Shown here piece after piece: positions 25,327-37,919 of a stretch of 64,000 nucleotides of DNA. The notes under the pieces were generated by a model, which saw nothing but the letters and a program-made list of their open reading frames with translations, was not told the DNA's origin and made no database searches. Position numbers and translations under genes: made by a program. The stretch is from Asterias rubens (Eukaryota). The stretch is from the NCBI RefSeq assembly GCF_902459465.1, contig NC_047065.1, positions 3,534,001 through 3,598,000 of the forward strand, given 5' to 3'. Positions within the stretch are counted from its first letter, which is position 1, and every line of letters begins with the position of its first letter.

Positions 25327-26751
25327 CTACGGGAACAAATAACAAGATTAAAAAATAAACTTCAGTTAATTTTTTGACAAAACAAGAGTGAACTAGACCA
25401 AGTAATTGGGGCGCTGTACTCCATTAGAAAAATAGTTGACATTTGCGGTCGTAGCTAGGTAGCAGACTAGTCATGCTAGTACGTCCGTAGATATAAGAAT
25501 TGGTTAATTTAAAGGAGTACAGCGCCCCAGTTACTGGGTCCATGGAGGTAGCTGGGTCTAAGAGTGAACTGTTATGTTTGTTTATGTGTGTAGACAGTTT
25601 TCAAATCAAAAAGTTTGAACACTGCACTGGTTTAGAAAAACTGGAAACTCCATTTTCATTTTGAATGCAATAACTCCTGTAGAACTTTCACTGAAGTTCG
25701 TTCCACTATCGTTTCCACAGAGAACAAAGACGACAGCGGAACGAACCTCAACAAGAGTCACGATACATTGATAGTTCTCAATGTCTTTTAAGTAGGTAGT
25801 ATAGTTAGCCCTAGACCCAGTAACCAGGTAACTGGGCGCTGTATTCCTTTTTTGAAATTTTGCATAATCGGTCCTACTACTATGTGCTAGTATGACCAAT
25901 AATGTCAACATTTCGAAAAAGGAATACAGAAGCGCCTAGCCTTGATCAAGGCGCTCCAGCCAGCCGCGACCTGCAAAATCCCAGTCCCCATCATCACGGA
26001 ATACCGCCAGCGCACCGTACCCCCATACATCCATAACACAAAGCGTGCATTAATACATGTACAGTGTCAGTGTATGTACACATACGTACTGTACATGAAC
26101 ATTTGTGTACATGTACCATCTGTACGGTACACGTACGGTACATGAGCCACACGCACGAGGTTGAAGACACGAACGTACTCATTCATGGCTACGCTATACA
26201 TACTGTTTAGCCATTAACAGCTCAACAAGGTCACGGTGGGCTATACAATGATGTACTGCACATACAATGTAAACATTTGTGCGTGCAGTTTTTGTTGCCG
26301 AATCGCCGCGCATCCATCGGGGCACACTACGCCAACAGCTTTGAATCAAGGCTAAGTAAAGTAGCATACCAGTTACTGGGTCTAAGAAAAAGATAGCCCG
26401 TACTTCTATTGTAGTTCTTCGAATAATTATGTTGTCCATTAAAAATGTATTTGTTTGTGTTGATTGTTACTGCTTTTTTGTGTTGAGGGGCCTGTTGACG
26501 GTGTCTTGACGAATAAACAGTAGGACACTGGAGGAACGAAAGTAAAAAGAAATACATATTTTTCTTTTCCCATTCTATTTCTAATCTAAATAAAAAACAG
26601 AAAGGTCAATCCAGTGAGTGATTAGATAAATAAACCTTAATTTTAAAGCACACTCATCATGATTGAAACAAATGTTACTAAATTGAATTGATAATAAAGA
26701 CACCATTGGAATTTGTCATATGCTTTTAGAGACATTTTAGTATTCACATAC

Positions 26752-27112
26752 CTGAAAAAAGATGCATCTTTTCACAAGCTGGATTACAAAGTCTCGATCA
26801 TTCGTCTTGCTTGAAATTGATGGTCTGTCTTCGTGAATTGTACAAACAAAAGAGGGCGCGCGTCAATACGACCGTCAGTTTTCAAAATCAGCGCGAATCT
26901 TTTAGCCTCATTCCTATAATACAAAACGCTTAATTGCATTAAACAAAATTAAATAATGTACACAATTATTTGATATTTCAAATAAATACAGTAATATCAT
27001 TTCTTTTTTGAGTTTTATATTGGACCTTATTACAAAATATTATTATGAAATTTGACGACCGTTTAGTTAACCTATTGAATTTTAATGCACGGGCCCAAAA
27101 TCAAGATGGCGG
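26752..27112. promoter_or_regulatory. Bidirectional promoter region, CENPL/CTDP1
   Basis: Candidate CENPL 5' UTR donor at ~26751 on minus; YY1-type AAGATGGCGG overlapping the CTDP1 ATG (27103-27112). Confidence 0.55.
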
Positions 27113-30100
27113 ACCCTTTGATGGAAATTTCTCTCCCATGCGAAAATATTTGCAAAATTGTAAAATTGAAGGTGAAACCGAAAGCTTCGGTTGCTAAAGG
27201 TACTATCATCGCAACCTACAGTCTTCATGGCATTGGGCAGGCTGACAGTCATAAAGATGAGATTCTGAAATTTAAGTCAGATAACTTCGGAACTGTCGAG
27301 GAGTTGATGGTCAGCGAAGGAGATGTGGTTCAACCGGGGTAAAGAAATAAAAACTGTTTTTTCCCCCTATTTTATTTACAAATAAAAATTGTTTCTAAGG
27401 TGCAAGTTTGTTTCCAAGTATTTGAAGAGTCAAATGCAACATAAAAGTGATTTCGTGCATTATGTAATTCTGCAAGAAACTTAAGTTTATATGCATTGGT
27501 TTTATCACGAAATAGATGCAACTGTGACTGTGGATACCTCCCGCCCATTTTACCAACCGTCAGCAAGAGGGCGCTATTTATTTTCTTCAAAACGAATTTT
27601 GTTTGTTTGTAAACAAAGAGCTGCATAAAGAAAAGATGAAGGATGAACAAAAAATTAATTGTTTTATTGCTTATCTGTTATTGTAATAAATAGTATTAAT
27701 TATTTATTAATAAACATTAATTATTAATTAATAAGTCATTTATTATTATTATTGTTTTAGTTTTTTTACTTTTATAAAAACAACTACTATTAAATATTGT
27801 ATTTAAAGCCATTGGCCACTTTCGGTTCAGAAAAAAAGAAAAAGTTCACAGATTTACAAATAACTTACAGGGTTTACAGAAGGCAATGGTGAAAGACTTC
27901 TCTTGAAATATTATTCCATGAGATGCTTTACTTTTTGAGAAAACAGCAAAACAATATAAATTCTCGTTAACAAGAATTACGGATTTATTTGAAACACATG
28001 TCATGACACAGCGAAACGTGCGGAAACAAGGGTGGGTTTTTCCGTTGTTTTCTCCCGACTCCGATGACCAATTGAGCCTAAATTTTCACAGGTTTGTTAT
28101 TTGATATAGAAGCTGTGGTACACAAAGTGTGGGCCTTGGACAACACTGTTTACCGAAAGGGTCCAATGGCTTTAAATAAAAATAAAATAAGATTAATTAA
28201 TGTTTTACCCCCAAAAACAACTTTAACTGATGTTTGTAAAAAAAATTAAGGCTGGTAGGGAAAGTGTAAAAAATAAGTGAAGAAGTCATAGTACGTCCAG
28301 TCCAGTGCTCCACCCATACCTCTCAGGGAAAGATTTCCGTATCCTGCGGGATTCCTAGCTGCCACCACTTTTCCACTCTTTGTTTACCGAAGGGAGTATC
28401 TCCTAGTACAAACTGATTTCATACTGAACATGCTAAATAAAAAATTTTGGCAGGATACAGAAACCTTTCCTCTCTATGTGATCCAAGTCACTTTGGTAAA
28501 CCATAGAGGACTAAGAAGAACAACAACAAAAATTACATAATTTATAGCTAAGGAATATTATTTTTTGGTCTCTGTACATAAAAACAGATACCTAATCGAA
28601 AGTGGAAGAAAAGTTCCAAAGTGGAAGAAATGTTCCATATAAAACTAAGGGAGCCTCTTGAGAAATATTATCAAGTACAATCCATATTTGTAAAATGCTT
28701 TCAGTTCATAATCCAACTTCTGATTTTTAGCTCACCCTTTTTAAACATTATTCTTGTTAATAACAGGACTACAATCATAAAGTTGGCTAGCTGCACCCAT
28801 CCTACTGTCATGAAGGACATGTGTGCGGAGTGTGGAGCTGATCTCAGAGAGTGAGTTAGTTACTATAGACCTTTCTTTTGTTGATAAACAAACCGCCTTG
28901 GTTGGCATGGAGGGCCAAATGTTTTTAAAACACTTAATCGTATAAACAGATCTTTTAACCAAATTCACAATTTCTGCAAACTTTCAATGAAATAAAATAC
29001 CTCATATTGTTTAAAAAATACAAAAATAATGTTTTTGTAACATTGTTACAAGCAGTTAGCGATCTGTTTTTGATTTGCATTCATGGCTTTTCTTAGTTTT
29101 CCACCAGGGTTGACAAAAACTCGGGCTGTGACGTTGCAAAAGAAAGGTCTTTAAAGTGGCCTTGCCCTCTCAAAGATGAAATTCTAGGCCTGTAATTCTG
29201 TTCAGACCATACTGTGACTGCCAAAAATTTGCATGTTGGGTTACAGGCCTTGAATTGTTTTCCTTATATCAGAGGGCAAGGTCATTTTAATTTTGCAAAG
29301 GGCACTTCCATTGGAAAATGTTTAAGTATTATGGGAAAATGTTTAAGTATATGGGAAACTTTTGAAGGGGGCACCAACGCCAAGATGAGGGCAATGGCCT
29401 CCATATGCAGGCCTGGGATTATTTGAGGCACAGTTTTGTGAAGTTTTTATACCCCTGTTTTTGTGCTTTTCATAACCGCACTGGTATACACAGTGCAGAG
29501 TTTTGCCCTTGGCCCGGGTGGTTAGGACCCCAATGGAGGCATTCAACATGGGTCAGGTTTGCCTAAAACTTTTTCAATGACTTGTCAGCAAGATCTGTTA
29601 CATCAATCAGCTTACAAGTTTTTGTGACCAGCAGTCCCATTTGGCCAGTAGACCACTCTTAAAGCACTCGTTCATCTATACATCAAATCACAGATGAAAA
29701 CAAATTAACATTTGGTTATTTTCGCGTAACTCGGACCGACTAATCTAATGACATTTTCAGAAGTTGGTTTGAAGGAGTGACTCAGTTAATACAACAGAGG
29801 AAATAAATACCTACACTCTTCAATAATCTAATGATTTAGTTTGAAATAACTTTTACAATATCTGCTTTTCATTATCATGTTTACAGGGCACAGGGCTTGC
29901 CAGGGCAACGGCGACAAACATCCACAGCTTCTGTTGCCATGGTGCACAGCATTCCAGAGCTTCAAGTGAGCAAAGAGGTCAGTGACTCTCATGAGTCTTT
30001 GTTTCAAAGACAATGAGTAAACTTTTTCTGAAAGTTAAAAAATGTGTTTTTTTCTGTGACTTTTTGTTCTCTTCGTAAGACATAGATCTGCATCTATCAA

Positions 30101-33100
30101 TGCAAAAGTCTTGGGTTCAAATTCCACCACCCGAGCGATTTGCCTGGGTTTTTTTTTCACAGAGCTTGGGAGTAAACAATGCTTTTAAAATACACATGAG
30201 TGTAAGGGTAAATGCAAATTATATTCCCTTATTGTTATTACTTTTTTTGTATTTCAGGTTGCCTACCAGTTAGCCAAGTTGGATGAAGGGCGGCTGTTGA
30301 AGAGTCGTAAACTGGTGCTGGTTGTTGATCTTGACCAAACTATTATCCATACCACAATGGACAACATTGCACCGGACCTACCGGTAAGTATTCAAACAAG
30401 ATCCTTATACCAGGCAGTGTTAGATTCAAGCACCGCTCAGTATTAATGAGATCCCAACACAACTCAATGTTATAATGTGATCCTAAACACAAACCATCGT
30501 GAAAGAGTATAAAATAAAATGGCATTTTACACCATTTTAACATGAGGTTTGAGACTTGAAACTTTTCCCCACTTTCGCATGAGGTTTGAAACTTGAAACT
30601 AGGCTTGAAACTTTTTTTCCAATTTTCATTAGATTTCTATCATTTTTTTTTCGCAATTCAATTCACATTTACTTCAATTCTTAACACAGCATTACAGAAT
30701 GCATAATGCAATATAATACCGGACAGAATGGTTAAATGAGTTGATCACAATACTGAATTGACCTTAGCGACCCTCTTTAAAGTGTTACCACTACCATTTC
30801 TTGTGTAGATGTCAGACTAATACAGTTATCTCTATCATTGTTTATCTAATAGGGCGTGTGTCACTTCCAGTTGTGGGGCTCTGGGGCACGCCACCCCTGG
30901 TACCACACCAAGATGCGACCGGGCTACAAGGCCTTCTTGCAGAAGGCTTCCTCTCTGTATGAGCTTCACATCTTCACCATGGGGGCCCGCCTTTATGCCC
31001 ACACCATCGCTGCCTACCTGGACCCTGAGAAGAAGTACTTCTCTCACAGAATCCTCTCCAGAGACGAGTGTTTTGATCCCAATTCAAAGACGGCGAACTT
31101 GAGGTACATATGCTTTGGTATTCTTAGGCAGGTCTGGACGTTTACACTGGATCACAAGCTAGAGGCCAGTGGTTATAGCATCGGACTGGCCATCTCAAGT
31201 TTTTTCATACATTTCTTACTTAAGTCTAATTTACAATTTGTTTTGCCTCTTGAAAAATCAGAAAATTTTGGTTACATATAAATGGCGTGAAATGACTTTA
31301 TTTATTAAAACCTACATATAGGTCAGCCCTTGTAGCCCAAATATCATGCCTGCTTTTTGTTTAAGTATTGTCTTTGGGGCAAAAATTGTGTTATTTTGAC
31401 ATCAACATGGAGTGTACATTGTTTAGAAGAGGACATTTTCAGAGTGTGGAGTGGTAAATTTCTGTCTCTATTTTGCCACAGAATGTAATCATGAGCTGAA
31501 ATTTGGCATTTCTATATCACTCGACTTTGCATCTTGTAATGGAATAGTCCAGATGTCACTTTGTGATTATAGCTCTGCGACAATGCACTCAAATGCATGC
31601 AATGTCCGCTCAGTATTATTTGTACATTATTGACAGTGGTTGCCCTTTTCTATCTTCTTGATCGCAGGTCAATCTTCCCGTGTGGAGACAACATGGTGGT
31701 CATCATCGACGATCGAGAGGATGTTTGGAACTATGCCCCAAATTTGATAATGGTCCCACCCTACAAATATTTTGAGGGTACTGGTGACATCAATGCCCCT
31801 CCTGGTCTGGCAGACTCCAAAGGGGTACTGGGCAAAGAAGATCCACCATCTGAGAAGGAGATTGAGGATTCAGCGAAGGAGTCTGAGGTTGAGGAAGGAA
31901 CGGATTGCACTCAGACCAAGGAAGCTTCCGACGTTGAGATGGATGTTACAGTAAGCGACAAGGAGTTGAAGTCATCTGAGGATAAAGACAATCCGTTGGA
32001 AAAAGAAACAAACGTTAAAGATGGTGACGCGGGGAGCAAGACAACCAGTGAAGACAAAACTAAGGAAAACGGTAACCAGAATTCTCAAGTGAAGAAGGTG
32101 GTGCCCGAAGAGGAAAGTGGCGATAGTGACGATTATTTCCTCTACCTTGCGGACATCCTGAAGCAAATCCATAAAGAATTTTACGATGCATATGATCATC
32201 TGCAAGAGCAGCCTGATTTAAAAATTATCCTGCCGTCGTTGAGACAGAAGATTCTGACCGGTGTGAATTTGGTTTTTAGCGGTGTCTTCCCGACGAATAT
32301 CAATCCTGAACAGAGCAAAGCCTGGAAAGTTGCATCTCTGCTTGGTGCTCACATCAGTCCGAACATAATATATAAGGCAAAGGGATCCACAAGTCCCAGC
32401 AATGCAACCACACATGTCATAGCTGCTAAGGCTGGTACCTCCAAGGTACACGCCGCCCAGCGAGCCAAGAACATCCACATTGTGACACCAGAGTGGCTCT
32501 GGTGTTGCTGGGAGCGCTGGCAGCGTGTCGATGAACGCTTATTTAAACTGTTCTCAGGTCACGCGCGACCAGACTCAGCTTCCCTCTCAAGCAGTCGGGC
32601 CAGCACGCCGTGTACCAGTGACAGTGAAGCGATCCGCAAACTGGCGCAGGATAAATTTCTAAAGAAGCACAAATCAAAACAGGCAGGTAAAGCCCGAGCG
32701 ATCTCCGACGGGGAGGAGTATGCAAAACGGCGTAAGCTCTCGCCAGATTCAAAGACTGACACCATCCAGTCCTCGAAGTCAAGAACCAGTGGCAAACAGC
32801 GCCAGGTTAGTCTGTCCTCAGAGTACAATCCAGTGTTCAGCTTCTCGTCGGAGGAATTGGAAAGCATGGATAAGGAAGTGGAGGGGATCTTTGAAGAGAG
32901 CAGCAGTAGCAGCAGTAGTGACTCGGACAGCGGCAACTTGAGTAAGCAGGAAAGCCTCGGGAGCATCACTCAGGCAATCTCGTCCTCCAGTGACGAGAGC
33001 CTGACTGCCGAGAATCCTCTCGGATGGACAAAGAAGCAGCTGAACCAGGAGAATGAGTCGGACCATGAGTCAGGCTCAGAGGACAGTAGCTCGAGTGCTG

Positions 33101-33186
33101 GGCTGAGTGACTCAGACCCGAGTAGTAGCGATGAGGACAGAATGGCTGCAGAAATTGATGACCTGCTCACGTATAGTAAAAGCTGA
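27106..33186 (+). CDS. CTDP1: RNA polymerase II CTD phosphatase FCP1, 6 exons, ~767 aa
   Basis: Exons 27106-27338, 28767-28850, 29887-29977, 30258-30383, 30853-31103, 31668-33186 (2304 nt). CTHPTVMKDMCAECGADLR, catalytic DLDQT, IIDDREDVW, BRCT (LVFSGVFP...THVIA...VTPEWLWCCWERW), C-terminal RMAAEIDDLL resembling the RAP74-binding helix. Confidence 0.97.
27803..28175. mobile_element. Kolobok-like MITE family B (CTDP1 intron 1)
   Basis: TTAA-AGCCATTGGCCACTTTCGG ... CCGAAAGGGTCCAATGGCT-TTAA. Confidence 0.82.
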
Positions 33187-35216
33187 AGGAAGGGCAAACA
33201 TCTTTTTGACAGCATGAGGACGCTGTTCAGCAAAATACCACCTTAACTATGCTTTAACCTTGAGGGTCGTTGGAGCACCACTAGGCACCAAAAACTTGGC
33301 AACAGTTTTTCTCTGTGTTTCTTGTCCTCCACTGTCACTTTTTGATGTTGTCATAAAATTCATTGTACATGTACAATCAAAAAGATGCTTAGAAGAAAAA
33401 AGGTCCATTTTAGAGGGTGTGCAAAACAGTTGTAGGATTGAAAATGTTCACAAATGTCAACGTTTAACTTACATGACTTTCGTGTAAAGATGGTCATGGT
33501 GAAATTACAGATGTTTTGTAAAGCCTATTTCACACAGACAAACTCCTCTGGAAAGTTTATTTGACCTATTCCCGCTTGAATTGCCGACCCTTGCAAACTC
33601 CAATGGAAAAGCAATTTGTTTCCCAGTAAATATCTACCCCTGCTTCTTGGGAGTAAGGTTAAACCAGACAACCCAGGAGTTGAATCATACATAGCGTTAA
33701 ACTTTCCTGGACAATTTCATCAAATTAATGTGAATGTTGTGAAATGAACAAGGGGTGCTGGTGGGGTTAAATTCCCCAGGTATTCCCTAGGGTTATATTC
33801 CCTGGGAATTTAGCCAATTGGTGTGAAAAGGGGCTTACAAATTGCAAATCTTTCCTTGTCTTTCTCACAATGATATGTACATGTACGTGTTTAAGGTTTC
33901 TGCAGACTCGAGAATTAGTACTTTTTTAGAAAAGAGTAATTAACAATGTCACAAAAATGAGACGAAAATCATTCAAGCATGTAGTACAACGAAAAACATT
34001 TCTCTGTGATTTTTTTCTCAAAAACTTGACAAAATAATAATGAAGCTGAAAGTTCTACAGAAATTATATTACATTCTCAATCATTGACAGTAGGGATTCA
34101 TGTCATGGCCCATAACTTGATCTACAAAAGGTATCAAAACCCTTTTAAAACATATAAAACAACTTTCATTAAGTAGTGTTTGGCTTTTAAAAAGGTAGGA
34201 TCATTGTTTGTTAATGACCTTGATAAAACATTGTTTAATTTTCATCCTGTTTTGTTAAAAGAATTGTAATGGCAGAAAAACATCCTGCGAAATTATTTGG
34301 TCAAAAACTAGAATCTCCAAAGATTGCTGAATGCCTTAGGCAAATTTTGGAGATTCAACTTTCCCTGGTGTGTTTGTGAATGCTGCAGCTAGCGATGTGG
34401 TTGGTACTCGCTGTCACCTCACTAAACATTCAATGTTCTTTAATGAAAACATCGCAACAGTTTTTTGCTGTGTTCTTAACAAGTGGACACTGTATTCAGA
34501 TGAGACTATCACTTTTCTGGTATTGTTCTTGATACTTTGCCCTGAAAATTAACATAACGTTGACAAAAACCAACGTTGACCCCATCTTTAAGAACTTGTA
34601 TAATTTGTAAAATGTGTATTGTGGTGTTAAGTGTACAGAAGGTGGACCTCTTCAAATATGTAAATATATTTGCAAACATTAAATTTAGTGTAATGTGTAA
34701 ATTGAAATATAGAATGTCCCGATATTTTGATATATAGAATTTTGATTTTTCTATGGAGTATTCTTTGTGCATGTTGAAGTTTAGGAATCTATTGGTTTCC
34801 ATGACGGTGTAAATATCTAGTAATATTTTCCGAGCTCCTTTGAGCCGGGCCTTGAAATTTACTCCAAGGCCAGTAATTTTAGCATCGGACCAGTAGATAT
34901 CTCATGACCTTAATTTTATACACACTGTAGGTCCGGTAATAAATGGATAACAACACATCACAGTGTTATATCTTAAGGAAAAGTCTAAAACATCAAAATG
35001 CAAACCAGTTTTTAAACTGAATCAATATTACTGCAAGCCCTGTTGAACCATTTTGATTAAACACTCAAAGAAAATATACAAGTGTTGGTAATCGTAACAA
35101 CCATGTTTAATTATGTATTATCAGGGACCTTTTGGAGAAAAAAGGAAATAAAATAAAACCATGATATTATTTCCATATAAATCTCTGATCAATGAAGTGT
35201 ATCATTTTTTACTATT

Positions 35217-35559
35217 TTAAAGGAACTGGACACCTTTGGTAATTGTCAAAGACCCGTCTTCTCACTTGGTGTATCTCAACATATGCATAAAATAACAAAC
35301 CTGTGAAAATTTGAGCTACATTGGGCGTTGAAGTTGCTAGAGAATAAACATCCTTGTCGCACAATTCAGTTAAAATATTTTGAAGAGAAATGACTTCTTT
35401 CTCAAAAACTACGTTACTCCAGAGGGAGCCGTTTCTCTCAAAGTTTTACACATGTACTATCAACACTGTTCAACAGCTCTCCATTGCTCGTTACCTAATA
35501 AGTTTTTTATGCTAAAAATTATTTTGAGTAATTACCAATAGTGTCCAGTGCCTTTTTAA
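35217..35559 (-). mobile_element. Family A copy with internal deletion
   Basis: TTAAAGGAACTGGACACC ... CCAATAGTGTCCAGTGCCTTTTTAA; hairpin segment absent. Confidence 0.85.
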
Positions 35560-35793
35560 GAATGCCGAGACAAAAGCTAACATGCGAAAGTTAACTTAAT
35601 TTGTTTCATTAATCGAGGCAATTCTCACAGTGACACGAGAAACTGGGTTTCATTGCACATCAAATAGATGAGAAGAGCTGTCAAATAACACCCAATTGAG
35701 GCCTTGAGTTTTAGAGTATATTTTCCCAACATAGAGAATATATCACATCACATTGGTAGGCTGATCTTTTGGTTGTCGCCCGTTATTTCTGAG

Positions 35794-35987
35794 AATAGAC
35801 CGATCCATTAGGCTCCGCCCACGACGCACGTGTGAGCAAGAACACGTGAGCCTCTCCAATTCCTTTCTGCACAATCTGCCGTGCACGCCAAGCATACGCG
35901 CACGCATGTCGGACCTTATTTGTCGACCTGCGTTGCGTTGTGATAGGTAAATACGCAATGGGGCGGAGCTTAATGGATCGGTCTATT
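35794..35987. mobile_element. AATAGACC-ended MITE, standalone reverse copy of 58447-58641
   Basis: TIR AATAGACCGATCCATTA / TAATGGATCGGTCTATT; body aligns by eye to the reverse complement of 58447-58641. Similar ATAGACC termini at ~28863-29150, ~46362-46518, ~63697-63878. Confidence 0.8.
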
Positions 35988-36029
35988 GGTTGAATTTCAA
36001 ACTTTGCATGGAGGAAGTATAATTAGGTT

Positions 36030-36186
36030 AGGTTTGCGTTAGCACCTTGTGTAAATCTCTTTAGAATAGTGTTGGTTCTGAAAAGGTCTCATCAGAGTCA
36101 ACCATCAGCGTTGTCAACCACCGAATCATTCTTTTTAAAACCAACACTACTAAAAAGAGATTTACACCTGGTGCTATCGCAAACCT
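36030..36186. mobile_element. Related palindromic element (~56-bp arms), centre decayed
   Basis: AGGTTTGCGTTAGCACCTTGTGTAAATCTCTTT...GTGTTGGTT versus its reverse complement at 36131-36186; arm resembles 7030 and a single arm at 44160. Confidence 0.6.
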
Positions 36187-36737
36187 CACCTAATTTCTGA
36201 GAATCCCCTGATATTGTGAGTAAAGGGGAACAGAAAACAAATGTAAATCAAAGTCTCTTTATGCTCATTTGCATGTATTTTGCTGTTGAAATATTGCGAG
36301 CTGAAGGTTTATTCAGTTCCACCATAGCATACACTGCTGCACAAGATTATGAAAAAATCATGAGAAACATTACAGCTGATTGGAACTACATCAAGTTCTT
36401 AGATCATAAAACAGGTGAACTTTGATCTTTGTAGTTCATGGTCCAAAGAAAATATGGCTATCTTTTAGGGATGCTTTTCTTCACTGAACTAGACGGACAA
36501 CTTCTGTGCTTGGTTCGATTGGAGATCATTTTGTCTCGTCACTGGTGTTTTAAATAGCAAATGGCCTGCACACCACTGCAAAGGGAGGACAATCTGCAAA
36601 AGTGAGTTTTTCTTTTCCGCAAAAATGTCACAACCAACAGCCGGAGTTAAACCTTTCGCTGATTTAACCCACAACATACAATTGTTTTATAAACTGTCTG
36701 GAGTATTCATTGACTTTTCTCAGAGATAAATCCAACA

Positions 36738-37660
36738 TCATACAGGTGTTCCATCCATCTGTCTCTGCTTGCTATCTATTAAGTCTTTCTCCTGTCCATC
36801 ACTTGAGAGTCTGTCGACAGATCCTTCTGCATCTCCTCCATTTATCACATCCTCCATAGACTCGGAGTCCTCCCAGTATGAGAACGCATCACATTTCTTG
36901 CCCGTAATCGGATCTGTCACGTTGCCAAGACTGTAGATGATCTGTTCCATGTCGTACTTGACATTTTTGGACCGCGGTATAGGAAGCTTTTTCACCAGGA
37001 CAATGTCACCTTCCTTGGCCTGTTGCTGAGCATCATGAGCAAAGACGGTCATCCTTTTTGGATAGTACTGGGGAGAAAGTAAAGAAGTATGTTTTTGTGT
37101 TAATTATAACAAGTTTCAATGAATTATTACACAAAGAAATAGAATTATTTAAAGCGAGACCACTTCATATACAATCCAATGTACAATTGAAATAATTATC
37201 GTCAAAAATCTGGAGCAAGTCCACACCTGAAAAATAATCACTGAATACACAAAACTAATCTTTTATTAAGTTTTATTAGGCCTTTAATTAGGGCTTAGTA
37301 AGTTAGTTAGGCTTTACTTTATAAAATTATAATTATAAAAAAAATACATTATTAATTAGGGCCTTTTAGGCCTAGCCCTAGCCCTACTACCACATTAATT
37401 ATATTCGAAGTGAAATGTTTTCTCAAAAATGCTTTGTACTATCAACAAGCTGCTGTAGGCTTCTATAACAAAAAGTTTGTATTGAAGCCAGCATTTATAA
37501 GTCATAACTGTAACATTGAACCCCCCCCCAACCAACCCCGCCCCGCCCCTCTTTAAATCTTTACCTGCATTACGTATTCGTCCAAAACCAAACGCTCTAC
37601 TCGAACTTTGGCTGTCTTCCTCATCTTCGTACCAATAACTTGGCCTAAAAGTATCTTCAT
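36738..37660 (-). CDS. MRPS17: Mitochondrial ribosomal protein S17 (uS17m), 2 coding exons, ~141 aa
   Basis: Exons 37660-37565 ([32 protein letters not shown]) and 37067-36738 ([25 protein letters not shown]...[12 protein letters not shown]). Candidate 5' UTR intron: donor GTATGC at 37802, acceptor near 37671. Confidence 0.93.
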
Positions 37661-37802
37661 ATTCCTAAGCTGATGAACAGACATTTTCTCACACTTCACT
37701 GTTGAAATTCAACTGGTTCTTTTTGCCAAGTTACGTCCCCGCTCCTTTCTCTCTCCAGACCAGAAAATAAGAAAATTACAAAATTTATGTTTTATGGCAT
37801 AC

Positions 37803-37919
37803 CGCCCTCAAGAGTCAGAAAGTTGCCAAATCGGGCAGAAGTTTCGCTGAGTAAAGAGAAGTGTAAAGTGGTGGTGTTAACTTCCTGAAAAAGCCGACAA
37901 ATTTGGGTTCAAAGCAAAG
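37803..37919. promoter_or_regulatory. Very compact bidirectional promoter region, MRPS17/NECAB
   Basis: Only 117 bp between the candidate MRPS17 5' UTR donor (37802) and the NECAB ATG (37920); ETS-like CTTCCTG at 37881. Confidence 0.6.

Noticed and set aside
27085-27105. Upstream in-frame ATG (MHGPKIK) for CTDP1; likewise the ORF-track starts at 13191 for GINS3 and 51835 for the MADF gene
   Set aside because: The downstream ATGs have better context (AAGATGG, GAAATGG, ACTATGA); 13191 and 51835 are non-ATG starts. A short CTDP1 extension cannot be excluded.
32218-33233. Multiple minus-strand ORFs of 79-136 aa
   Set aside because: Antisense shadows of the large CTDP1 terminal exon.
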